Positions 26,201-37,344 of a stretch of DNA of 64,000 nucleotides are shown here, piece after piece; within the stretch, counting starts at the first letter, position 1; the number at the start of each line of letters is the position of its first letter. The position numbers and the translations under genes are program-made. The DNA is from Geosiphon pyriformis uo1 (Eukaryota > Fungi > Glomeromycota): the NCBI GenBank assembly GCA_016748015.1, contig JAAOMT010000620.1:613684-677683 (forward strand), in the 5' to 3' direction. A model generated the notes under the pieces. The model saw only the letters and a program-made list of their open reading frames with translations. It had not been told where the DNA came from and did no database searches.

Positions 26201-27732
26201 TTACTGAGTCCAATACAGTGATGGATGATGTCAAACTTCGAGAACACAATCGTAAACATTCCAATCGAACTGGGAGAAAGCAAAAAACAAAAAATCTTCT
26301 TCCTTTAAGCACCTTACCAGCTTCGCGGCACAGCCTTCAGGATGAAACTCTAGAATATATCAAAAGGTCAAAAAATGTGGAATTGGAAAAGGCCATGGAA
26401 TTTTGGAATAGGAGTCAACCAAAAAATAAAAAACCCTCAGAAGATAAAGATCAAGGTGACATAGAGCCTTCTTTGTTTAGTAAACTTCTCTTTGGGGATA
26501 GAAAAGAAGTTTTAAAAATAGTTCAACGCGAAGGTATTTCCTAGAAAGAAATTTGGGTACTTATTTTCCATCAAAGTCAAAGTTAAAAATTTTGATTTTG
26601 CTTTACCTTCTAGCCACCAACCATAATACTATGGAAACCACCGCTACAATAGCAGGACTAGAAGATATTAACCTTGGAGTGCCATTAGATTTTTGGAGCA
26701 ACAACTTTAGCTCTTTTTTTGAACGTACCGAATCCAGTCCCGGATTTACACCTCAGGATTGGTTAATTCTGGCACTGAGTCCTTCAGGTATGTATATTTA
26801 ATTCTTTGCTTTGTCCGTCACCCACTCCCCATAAAACTTTGATTCATTTAGCGGGTCGAGATGTATGGGAATCAAATGTCTACAAAATGGCTCAAAAGCT
26901 TCTTATGAAGAATGAACATCATATGGCCGTCATGTATTTCTTGGCGTGTGGTAGTGTCTACGAAGCTGTGGATACGTATCGCAAGGCGAACATGTTTCGG
27001 TAGGTTTTGCTTTCACTCTAAAAAACCATCTTTTACTCCAACAAAATTTCTTACTTTCAGAGAAGCAATTACACTTGCAAAATTACGGCTACCACAAAAC
27101 GATTCTCTTCTTTTTGATTTGTATTCAGAATGGGCTCTACAACTGGAAAGTCAGAAAAGATATGAAGAAGCAGCTATGTGGTACTTTGACTATCATTTTT
27201 CTGCTCTTCTGACTTGACATAAACCAGTCTTTTATCTCAAAGGCTTTTTTACCTTAGCCATCTTGCTTCTGAAAAACCAGCCTCCGTTCAAAATGCCCTG
27301 AATAACTTTGCCCGCCAAGGGGATCCTTCATCGTTAAGAATATCAGCTAGTTTAGCCCTGCTACTTAAAGATCAATCTGCCGAAGAGAGGGTGTCGAGAT
27401 ACCAGGAGGATCTGGAAAATCGGTTAGGAAATCTATCCATCCCAAATACTGATTTGAATGAGCAGGCAGTTACATCAGAAAAAAGTGCCGAATCTATTGA
27501 AATTGACTTGAAGTTGACCACTATAGAAGATACAAATTTAGTGGAATTCTTTGAGGGGGACAAAGAACTTGAGAGGAAAGGCAAATCAAAAGAGATTTTG
27601 GTTGCTAAAATGGAAGGGGAGCTTTCAAATTTCCAGAATGACAACCACGAGTCTTTGACCATTTGTAGTAATCTAATGGAAGATCAACATACCCCTGGAG
27701 TGGGCACCGAATTAGGGGAGATGCGAGAGTAA
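23213..27732 (+). CDS. GEMIN5: Gemin5-like protein (tandem WD40 propellers plus TPR-like dimerisation region), ~17 exons
   Basis: N-terminal LPPSPNW, then RLWLALSW, LALGLGDNTIRIWN, WKGLKSQITC.KW.P..EGLLAFGT, FRGHQGRIL and VYEAV....ANMFREAITLAKLRL. These are collinear with recalled human Gemin5 motifs. Confidence 0.85.
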
Positions 27733-28367
27733 TATATCAATATCCTTGGAAGATGAAGGCTTGCAAATATGGTCAAAGATCTCTGATAAAATTAAAAAGA
27801 TTGCTATCTATGGTCATCTATACTGGAATAATTATGTTAATGCGAACTCGACTATTTTGACAACTGATCAATCCGAATAGAAAGATGGCAATATTTATTA
27901 TAGAATCTATGCACTACACACTTGGTTTTTAATTATTATGAATGGCTTACTGATCAGTAATCAAAAGTTGACCATTGGCAATTACCAGAATTATGTATTA
28001 TAAATCTCATCAACCAGAATTTATTATTGAAAATCTATAACATTTCAAATATATAATTTTTGGTAAAAAACAAATATTTTTATATTTAAACTTTTTTAAA
28101 CCAAAATTATAAAAAACAACATAAAATTAAATTAAAAAGTTAGTCTATTTATGTTGTTATTTAATTTAAATAATTATAAAGAAAATTAATTTTTTTAATT
28201 GTTAATTAAGTGTGATTTTATTGTTACTTATTTAATTAATTGTTAGTTTTAATATTTTGATTAAAATCTTTTATTCTTAGATAAAAGATACGTATATTTT
28301 GCAATCAAATAAAAACAAAATTTATTTGTTTTTAAATAAAAACATGTGGCAATATTCTAAATAATGT

Positions 28368-28425
28368 GTAGTGCTTCTGGTCACGTGCGGACAAAGCATG
28401 AGCTGCATCTATTATAAAATGTTGT
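28368..28425 (+). mobile_element. LINE 3'-UTR remnant
   Basis: ctggtcacgtgcggacaaagcatgagctgcatctatt resembles 20639-20675 and the 3' UTR of the 12.8 kb LINE. Confidence 0.55.
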
Positions 28426-29139
28426 TAGTAAATAGCGATAGGGCCATAATTTGTAAAAGCAAAAAAAAAAAACAATTAATAATAAAAAATAAAATAAAGT
28501 AAATTTTTAATGTAATATAATGCTTTAAAAAGATAAAAAAGAAAAAGACGGCTTAAATAGCTATTAGATAGGATAAATACATAAATTATATTTGTTTAAA
28601 ATCTTAATAATTGTGCAAATAGTAAAAAACTACATTTATTAAATAAACAAATTATATTTTTTAAATGTAAAATTTTAATCGTTGAACATAATAAAAATTA
28701 GAAAATATTTTACTAGAATTTGGAAATATTTTTTCTCTTTAAGCTGTTATTTTTAATATATGTATATTTTATTTTTTATAACAAAACCAAAAAAAATACT
28801 ATATTTTTTAAATAAATACAGATTATTATTTAAAGAATTTAAGTAAAATTATTAATATTATTATCATAATAATTACTACTGTTTTTATTAAATTTCAAAT
28901 TAATTAACAATTAAAAAAATAATTAATAAATAGATAATAAAAAAAAACATAAAAAATCTGATTTTATATCTATTAAACTTAGTTACTAATTAGCAAATTC
29001 CAAACTCTATTATTATAAATTTAATAATTTCAGATTTTATCAAACCAATATTCGAAGTTTTAATTTCAAATATCTTAATTAATTTATTTATAATTTTAAA
29101 AATACTAATTTATAAAACTTTTATTTTATTAATAGTATT

Positions 29140-29590
29140 AATAAACTTTATACTAATTATTAAATTAAAAAATTTTACAAAAGAAAAAAACAATGTTCAA
29201 ACTTGGTTAAATAACATAAAAACAACTATTATTAACAATTAAAATATTTAAAAAACAATATAAATTATTTTATGCTTTTTTTAAAATATAATCAACTTAT
29301 AATATAAAAGTTTTATTATAAATTTAATTAATTTTAATGTCTTTAAATTTTGGTTTTTACAATATTTTAATAATTTTAACAGTATTTAATAGTAAATATG
29401 TTTTAAATATTTAAGTATCTTATAAAAAGCTATTTTATTAATTTAAAATTTTGAATCAACTAAACAAAAAATAAATTATATGTAAACTTTTAATTTAATA
29501 ATTAATAAAACATTTAACTTGAATATTGAATTAAAACAATTCAATAAATTTATTATTCAAAAAGTTAAAAAATACTTAATTAATAATTAA
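29140..29590 (+). pseudogene. Hypermutated Gypsy gag relic within an AT desert (28.0-30.9 kb)
   Basis: Reads IIKLKNFTKEKNNVQTWLNNIK...FNVFKFWFLQYFNN and FESTKQKINYM*TFNLIINKTFNLNIELKQFNKFIIQKVKKYLINN. The second stretch aligns to gag at ~8165-8300(-): FELAKLKANYIQAINLVINESFKLDSKLKQFSNLINQKL*EYLANN. Confidence 0.75.
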
Positions 29591-31164
29591 ATTATATATT
29601 AATACTAATTAAATAAAAATTAAAGCGTTTTTTTTTATTTTTTAAAATTATTGATTTTAATAATATTTAAAAAATTATTGTAAATTGTTAAAAGTTTTTA
29701 TTTTAGTGCTTAATAAAACTGTTTTTTAGTTTTTGCATAATTTTTTTAATTTAAAATTAATTATTAAAAATAATATTAAGTTTTTTTATATAAAATTTAT
29801 ATTTTAAACTTTTTTAAATATTGCTATACAAATTAATTTTGTTAATTTTTTTTAAAATTATTAATACTATTTTTGTTTGTTAGTTAGTTTTAATAATAAA
29901 AAATAATATTAGATTTTTTTTTGTTAATTAAAAAAAGTTATTATTTTTACAATACTTTTAAGAGCAAATTAATTAATAATTTTTTGGTTATATTGTTTTT
30001 GAAATTAACAATTTGATTTTTTAATTTAGTAATTAAATTAGTTTTATTTTTTAATTTTTAAATATTAATTATTATTATTTTTAAATTTAATAAATTTTTA
30101 ATAAAACAATTATTAAAATCAATATTTTACACAAAAATTGTATTTGGTAAAAAACTTTTAAATATTGGTTTATATTAAATTGTTGATTTTAAAATTAAAA
30201 ATTATTAAATTTAGTTAAATTTATTGTTTTTAAAGTTGGGTCTTTAATAAATTCAGTTATATTTTTTGTGTTAGTTTAATTTAATTTTATTATAAATGTT
30301 AAAACCAAATTTATTTTATTGAATTTTTATATTAAAAATATATTAAAGTTGATTTTTTTGCATAAAGATTCTAATTAATTTAATAATAAAAAGTATATAT
30401 TCTTTTAATAAATATAATTTTGAAAATTTATTAGCTATTGTATTAAATTATGAAAAAATTGTCAAGATATAATGTACAACTAGAAAAAAAATAATGTTTT
30501 ATAAAAAAAAAACCAAAAAATAAATACAAAAACATATTTATAATAAACACATATTTACAATTATTTTAATAAAATATTTAAGTACATTTGGTTTAAAAAA
30601 TAGATAAATATTGTATTTATTGGCTTAAGTTTGAATAATTAATTACACATTGTAAAAAATGTGAACAATGCTTATAGTTTAACTTTTTAAAGTAAAAACA
30701 TTGTAGATTTTGGTAAAACTACACTTAATTAGAACATAATAAAAAAAATTTTTAAAATATTGTATTATATTATATTTTAATATTAAAATTAATTTTTAAT
30801 AAATTAGTCAATATATAAAGATTAGTATTGAAACGATTGTATTGATATATTAAAATAAATTAAGTAAAAATAATTAATGTGCGAAAGTAGTCCGTGGCAG
30901 AACAAAAAATAATTAAATTGGAATTTTTTGTTATAATATATAAAAAAAAATATTGAATCATAAGGTAAAAGGCGAATGGAGGTAAAAGTATGTTATTTTC
31001 TCACTTGAATAAATGACAACTCATCATTTGACATGGACAAATAATGGGTATTATGAAAGTGAGGAATTTCCATTTATATTCTTAGGATTCCATTGAATAC
31101 TCGCAATTTACATATAAAATTAATTTACTACTGGAATAAGGTGTTCAAGATTCGATCAAATAAC

Positions 31165-31345
31165 AAAAAAATTAAGATTATTCCAGATTGGCTTTCTCAA
31201 TCTCCAGAAAGAAGAAATCTTACCGATCTTGAAAAGCATTGCAAGAATGGTTCGTAACTTCTATGGATACCTCTATAAATTGGTTGAAAGCATCCCAAAA
31301 AGAATTAGAGAATGTATAAAACAAAGTGAATCCAATAGTGTATTA
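31165..31345 (+). mobile_element. Tc1/mariner transposase C-terminal remnant
   Basis: KIIPDWLSQSP (cf. WPSQSPDLNPIE, truncated) followed by KLVESIPKRIRECIK (cf. LVESMP.R...VI). Confidence 0.55.
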
Positions 31346-31962
31346 AAAAATTCCAACTAATCAATCCATCCTGAAACACTGCGATAGTTTGGATACATTC
31401 TATAATGCTAAATGCTTCCCGACGTTTGAAATTTGACAACTAAATTGGCAAGCAAAAGGCTTCTCCACTCTGTCAGCAGTAATCGGTACTGGTATCATCG
31501 TTGCCTTCGAAGGTGGTCATTCTCTTCTTCTCGTGGACACGCTTTTGGACCAATTAGGCGGCTATGTCGCCAGTTGAATAGAGGATGCACCATTCGCTTG
31601 GTAAATGAATTCCTGACAAACCAGTTATATGATGACTTTTTATCGATTCTTATCTCTATTTTTTGTAAAGGATGGTTTGAAAATTCTCAACGAATATATC
31701 CTTTCAAGGTTCGCCGAAGCATTTGTCTAACTCTTTGGAATCGACATTAATGCTTCAAAAGAATGTTAAATATATGGGTAAAAATTAATGCTAGCTAGAC
31801 TGGTCACTCAAAAGGTGGATAATACATTGTATGTATAAATTAAGGTTTGTGTCATGTGAACGCGAACATTAATTTTGGGTAGGAGTTTGACCCCTTAGAG
31901 GAAAGTAATAGATAGCTAAATAAAAAACTTCCTTTTACTCTCTAATTTAAATATCTTAAACA

Positions 31963-34900
31963 ATGAGCTCAGCAGACTCGGCAGTCGTGACTACTACCGA
32001 CGCTACAACTCCTCTGCGTCTTAAATCTCACCATCAACACCGTTCTCGCAAGTCTTCTGTCAGTTTCAGTAAAACTGATCTATTATTGGAAACCCTTCGC
32101 GAAGAACAAGTGTTTAATAGCCAGAAAGCAGCGCGGGATTTTATTGAACAAACACTGGTTAGTCCCTTATCTAATGAAGATTTTCATAAATCTCTTCAGG
32201 ATGGGGTAATACTTTGCAGGTAAAGCACTTTTTACTTATTTTTTGGAAAAACAAAAGAAAGTGAGCCAATATTCATCTGGTCAGGAATCGTTCTTTCATA
32301 GCTAAAAGAACAAAAGATTTAATCTAGATAAAAAAATTCTACAGATGGATTTTTGTCCTGTTAGTGGTAATATCGGGTTAAGTGAAGAGGCATAGGCTAT
32401 AATTTGGGTCAACCAAATTTGTAATAATTCCTTTACTTAATTTTAACTTAATTATTCTTTATTTGACATCGTTGGCATTGTTCAATAATTTATTTGTTTT
32501 CTGGAAAATTATGAACCGGTTTCCCTTTTTCAAGCCTCATGAACAAGCTGAAACCAAATATTATTCCGCAAATCAGTAAGAAGGATCTTCCGTTTGTAAA
32601 GGTACATCTCTCAAAATATTAAATCTCACAATGCATTATTTCTTTGTCATTTTGCAAAACCGACAAACATTCAATATATTGAAAGGGATTGTAAATACTT
32701 TTTTTTTCGGGGGATTCTCTTATCTTCATATGTGTTGATGTTTTTATTCTATCTTTGATTATTTTTCAAGAGAGAGAATATCTCAAATTTTCTTAAAGCT
32801 GCACGCCAGGTAAGTTGTGGTGTTAATTTTCTTGGTAAAGTTCTATTTTGAGAAATTCTTCTAATCTTTAATATTATCAAAAATGACTTCTGTAATACGT
32901 CTGGCGTTTTCATTAGTTTGGTCTTCACAATTCGGATTTATTTGAAACCGTAGACTTGTTTGAAGGAAAAGATATGGATAGAGTAAGCGTTATTTCAATT
33001 TGGAATTTATACTTTTTTATCAGATGCTTATAATTTTTAATATATCAACTCCTTAAAAAACATAATCTTGTAAATCAAAGGTAGTCGCTACAATACTTGC
33101 AATCGCAAGAATTATGGCTGGTACACATAATCGACAGGAATCGGACCTTTCCATAGAACAAGAAAACTTAAAGGAAGTGGGGAAAATTACCAGATATCTA
33201 GACGGTTCAATTTCTTCCCTATCATCATCAGGATCTTTTGGGAATATCGATACTAAAAATGGTGATCAAAAAAAAGCACGAAAAAACATAGAAGGATTAA
33301 CAATAAAAGTACTTGGGCAGGCTTCGAATAAAAAAAATATTTATTTAAACGGTACCACTCACAAACATGTCGATCTTGAGAATCAACATAAAAACAAATC
33401 TTCGACAAAACCAAAGATTCACTTAACGAATGAAATGGAAGCAATGGAAATTTCTACTACCAAAGAGAAGTCATTAGATGAGGATAAACAAAATGATGAT
33501 GACGAAATAGTAATTAATCTCAAGAATGTCTCATGTTTTGAAAAGAAAATACCAAAAAATCTTTCGAAAATAAAACCAATAAATCAACTTGACAAAATAG
33601 ACTCTGATTCCCGGACAATTTTATCATTATCATCATCATTTTCAGTAAATACATCATCAACGATCATGACTGAAAGGACAATTGTAGAATCAGAAAAAAC
33701 ATTTTTTCAAAATGAAGAATTAAGCGACTCAAAACCAAACAAAAAAGAATCGAAAAACAAAGGCACAAATAATGAAAATATTGACAATAATGAAAATGCT
33801 CAAATGCATCATAATATTTCAATACCAACAGGAGGACCTTTACAAAAAAAGCGACCAAGCCTACGTAAATCTTTAACCATGGGTCAACTTTTTAATAAAA
33901 TTGGGGAACAAGAACAACAGGAATCTGAATTTTCCGAAAATCCTTCTCCCTTACCTCCTGCCACTCCCTCATCTACATCTTCAACGCCAATAATTGGAGC
34001 TCAAAAACCGAAAAGAATACCATCTCGTAAGACTCATATTCGATACAAGAGTGATCGAACCGCGGAAATATCCACAAATAGAAATGTAGATAATCAAGTT
34101 GAAGGAGATCGAATTTCCGTTTATGGTGAAACTCGAAAACGTGAAAGTACCGCATATTCGGGGATCGCCTTCATTGGAAACTGTGAATCAATAACACCAA
34201 AGAAAAAGCTTGAAAAGTTGATCTTAACAGATACTGAAAATGGAGATATACAATATCAATTGGGAAATTGTATTGGCAAAGGACAATTCGGATCTGTTTA
34301 TCGTGCTCTAAATTTAAGCAATGGGCAAATGGTGGCGATAAAACGAATAAAATTAGACGACAAAAAATCTGAAGAAGTTGAAGAATTAATGCGAGAGGTT
34401 GAACTTTTGAAATCGTTAGCACACCCGAGCGTTGTCAAATATCACACATTTATCATGTCCGATAATCATATCAATATTATTCTTGAATATGTTGAGAATG
34501 GATCTTTACTACACACCTTGAAATCTTTTGGAAATTTTCCGGAGAAATTAGTGGTTTCTTATGTAGTAAAAATATTGGAGGGGCTGGTTTATTTACATTT
34601 CAAACAAGTGGTTCATTGCGATCTAAAGGCTGCCAATATTTTATCCACTAAAAATGGGAATGTAAAATTATCGGATTTCGGAGTATCATTAAATCTGAAA
34701 ATGATGGAAAACGTTGTAAATACTAATGTTGCTGGAACTCCTAATTGGATGGCGCCCGAGGTTATCGAATTAAAAGGTGCCTCAACCGCTTCCGATATCT
34801 GGTCATTAGGATGTACAGTGATTGAACTTTTAACCGGGAAGCCACCTTATTCCGATTTACTTTCCATGACCGCGTTATTTCGAATTGTTGAGGATGATTG

Positions 34901-36361
34901 TCCACCAATACCAGAAGGAATTTCCAATGAATTACGAGATTTCCTCAAACAATGTTTTCAAAAAGATTCCAACTTAAGACCGACTGCGCGAGATTTATTT
35001 CGACATTCATGGATTCGAAAAAATTGGACATTAAAAGAACTACGAACGCAAGACAGTTTACCATTTTTGCGCCGTATTACATCGAACAATGAAAGTTCTG
35101 AAGATTCCAATCTCATGCAAACGGTTGTTCCTTTAGATTTCAGTAACAAGGAATTTGCCAATTCTAGTTTAGATATTAGTCCAATCACTCCGGAACCTTC
35201 TTCACCGATCGACATTGAGTTTCATCCTCAACAATCCCCTTCACAATTTGGAACTCCCGTTGTAATGGGTAGTCCTCAAAATCTTTCACCTCTCCATAAC
35301 ATGTCGGAAATTTCGTCTAATATGGCCTTCGCTCCATCACTTATCTCGCCAGCTTTAGTAGCCCCACCAATTACCACGACTGCCAACACGACTACGACCA
35401 AGATTTTTGCAGCAACACCAATGGTTCCGCATCGCTTTGTGAAAAATTCGTTTGGAAAACGTATGAAATTTTGGTTGTTCTCTTCTACTAAATATAATTG
35501 TAGTAGGGAATAATTTTATTTTTATTTTTTAGCGGTTGAATGTCGAATATGTCATCATACGGTCAAGAAACATGCTCATATTTGTCAAGGTAATTTTTAT
35601 TATTCGGATCCCTTATTTTCAAGTGCTGATTTCAAATTTTTTTTAGAATGTAATATGGTTTGTCATCAAAAATGTTCGCCGGAGGCTCCTTGGCCTTGTG
35701 CATTTAGCAATCGACAAATAATGTATACCCCGATTGGTGTGGTATGTTTTTATTGAAGATTATTTAAATTAATTAATGCAATAAAAATAGCTTTTTAACG
35801 ACAAATTAATTCCGTTTTTAGATAGACGACAATCGCCTTAATAACTTTTCGAATAATCCTTCAGATCATGAAATAAATACACCCATGATTTCGCCAATTC
35901 TTGCAAATTTTCCGATATCACCGCCACAAACACCAACGCAAAATAAATCCCGTCAAGCATATAATTATCCTTTTTCGGGGAAAAAGGCCAAAAAAGATGA
36001 TTCCGTAAATTCACAAAGTTCGACCGTTACTTCCGAAAGTGTTGATTCTTCATTTTCTGGATCAAGTTCTCGGTTCGGGTCACCGATGGCTGATAATAGC
36101 GGAAGACCTTTTTCCTCCGTGTCTTCAGTATCAACTGATGAAGCTAGTACAAAGGAAGTCACTGTTATTGGCGGCGCAATAAATACCATAAATAAAGAAA
36201 ACATGAATGAAACCACTTTAATCACAAACAATCAAAATAATAATAATAACAACAACCAAAACAATAACAACAATGGAAAAGGAAGTGGAAAAAGTAGGGC
36301 TCAGCGATTAATTAAAAAGAAAGGTGGAAGTTCTGACCAAAGTGATTGCCAAATAATGTAA
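31963..36361 (+). CDS. Cdc15/SepH-like Ser/Thr kinase with N-terminal calponin-homology domain, C1 domain and C-terminal CAAX, ~8 exons
   Basis: CH domain over exons 1-5 (SLQDGVILCSLMNKLKP, ENISNFLKAARQFGL..SDLFETVDLFE.KD...VVATILAIA). Kinase: GKGQFG, VAIK, HCDLKAAN, DFG, GTPNWMAPEVIEL. C1: HRF..CRICHH..ICQECNMVCHQKC..C. Ends CQIM*. Confidence 0.9.
36227..36273 (+). repeat. (AAT/AAC)n microsatellite encoding poly-Asn
   Basis: NNQNNNNNNNQNNNNN in the kinase tail. Confidence 0.85.
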
Positions 36362-37344
36362 TTTATTCTCCTGTACTTTAAATAAATAATTTTGTCAAAA
36401 TCTTATTAATTAGTCAAAAACAATAAGTAAAAATGTACAAATTGAATATATTTTTATATCGATCATTTTGTAATCTCTGAGCAGTCGATTCAAAACGTAG
36501 ACCGTCCTTTGCCCTACTTTCACTCTTGTGTGCAATGTCGTTTCGAATGTCCTTCTGCGTACATCCTAACCCTTGTTGTCTGCCTTGGAATTCCTCCCAA
36601 AATGCTGCATTACGTGTTTTGAATCTTTCTCTACTGCCAGGGGTTTGAAAACTCGTAACTCTCTCCAATAATTACGCAGGGAATCAAAATTGGTATTTCA
36701 AATCAGCATTATTGTTATCCGAGTTTCTGACGGCCAGAACAACTTGTTTTACAGATTTGACTGAGGTCAGTCTTACATCTTTCGACCTTTCCTAATTAAA
36801 GGCATGATTGTGAAGCTGTCAGTCGACACATGGAGTGAATCTGTGAGTCCAACAAAGCTTCCCCAGCTCTTTTTGGCCATCGGAATTTTTTCAGGCTCCT
36901 CAACCAGCTTGTTCTTCACTATAGTTGAGTACAGTAAAGTTTATGCGAGCTTGTCCCTTGATAGTCCCATAGCTTCAAAACAGGTAATCAAATTTTATAA
37001 ATGTATCCATTCCATATATATTGTACACAAATCTTTTGTATTTTAGCCTTGAAACTTTTATTGCTTAAAACATCTAATAGTTATAGTTTAAATGTTAATT
37101 CTCCAGGAATAACAGCTAAGTTTACTGCAAAGTAATCATATAAATAATTAAAAATTCTCATAAACCGAAAGATTCACCGATTGGTTTGTATAGGCATTCT
37201 TTTGTCCATATCAAAAAAATTCGTTTTCAACAAAATCCGGAAAATAAAAAAATCAACATATCAAAATGAACTTTTATTTACGCCTATCATTAAATAATGA
37301 ATACAGTTATGGTAATGATCTGAACTCACCAAAATAGAGTTTAA

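Noticed and set aside
33253-36231. Minus-strand ORFs inside the kinase gene
   Set aside because: Antisense shadows of long exons.
36790-37010. Insert using TGA=Trp (endobacterial or mitochondrial code)
   Set aside because: One frame has several TGAs but ends at TAG after ~70 codons and gives no recognisable protein.
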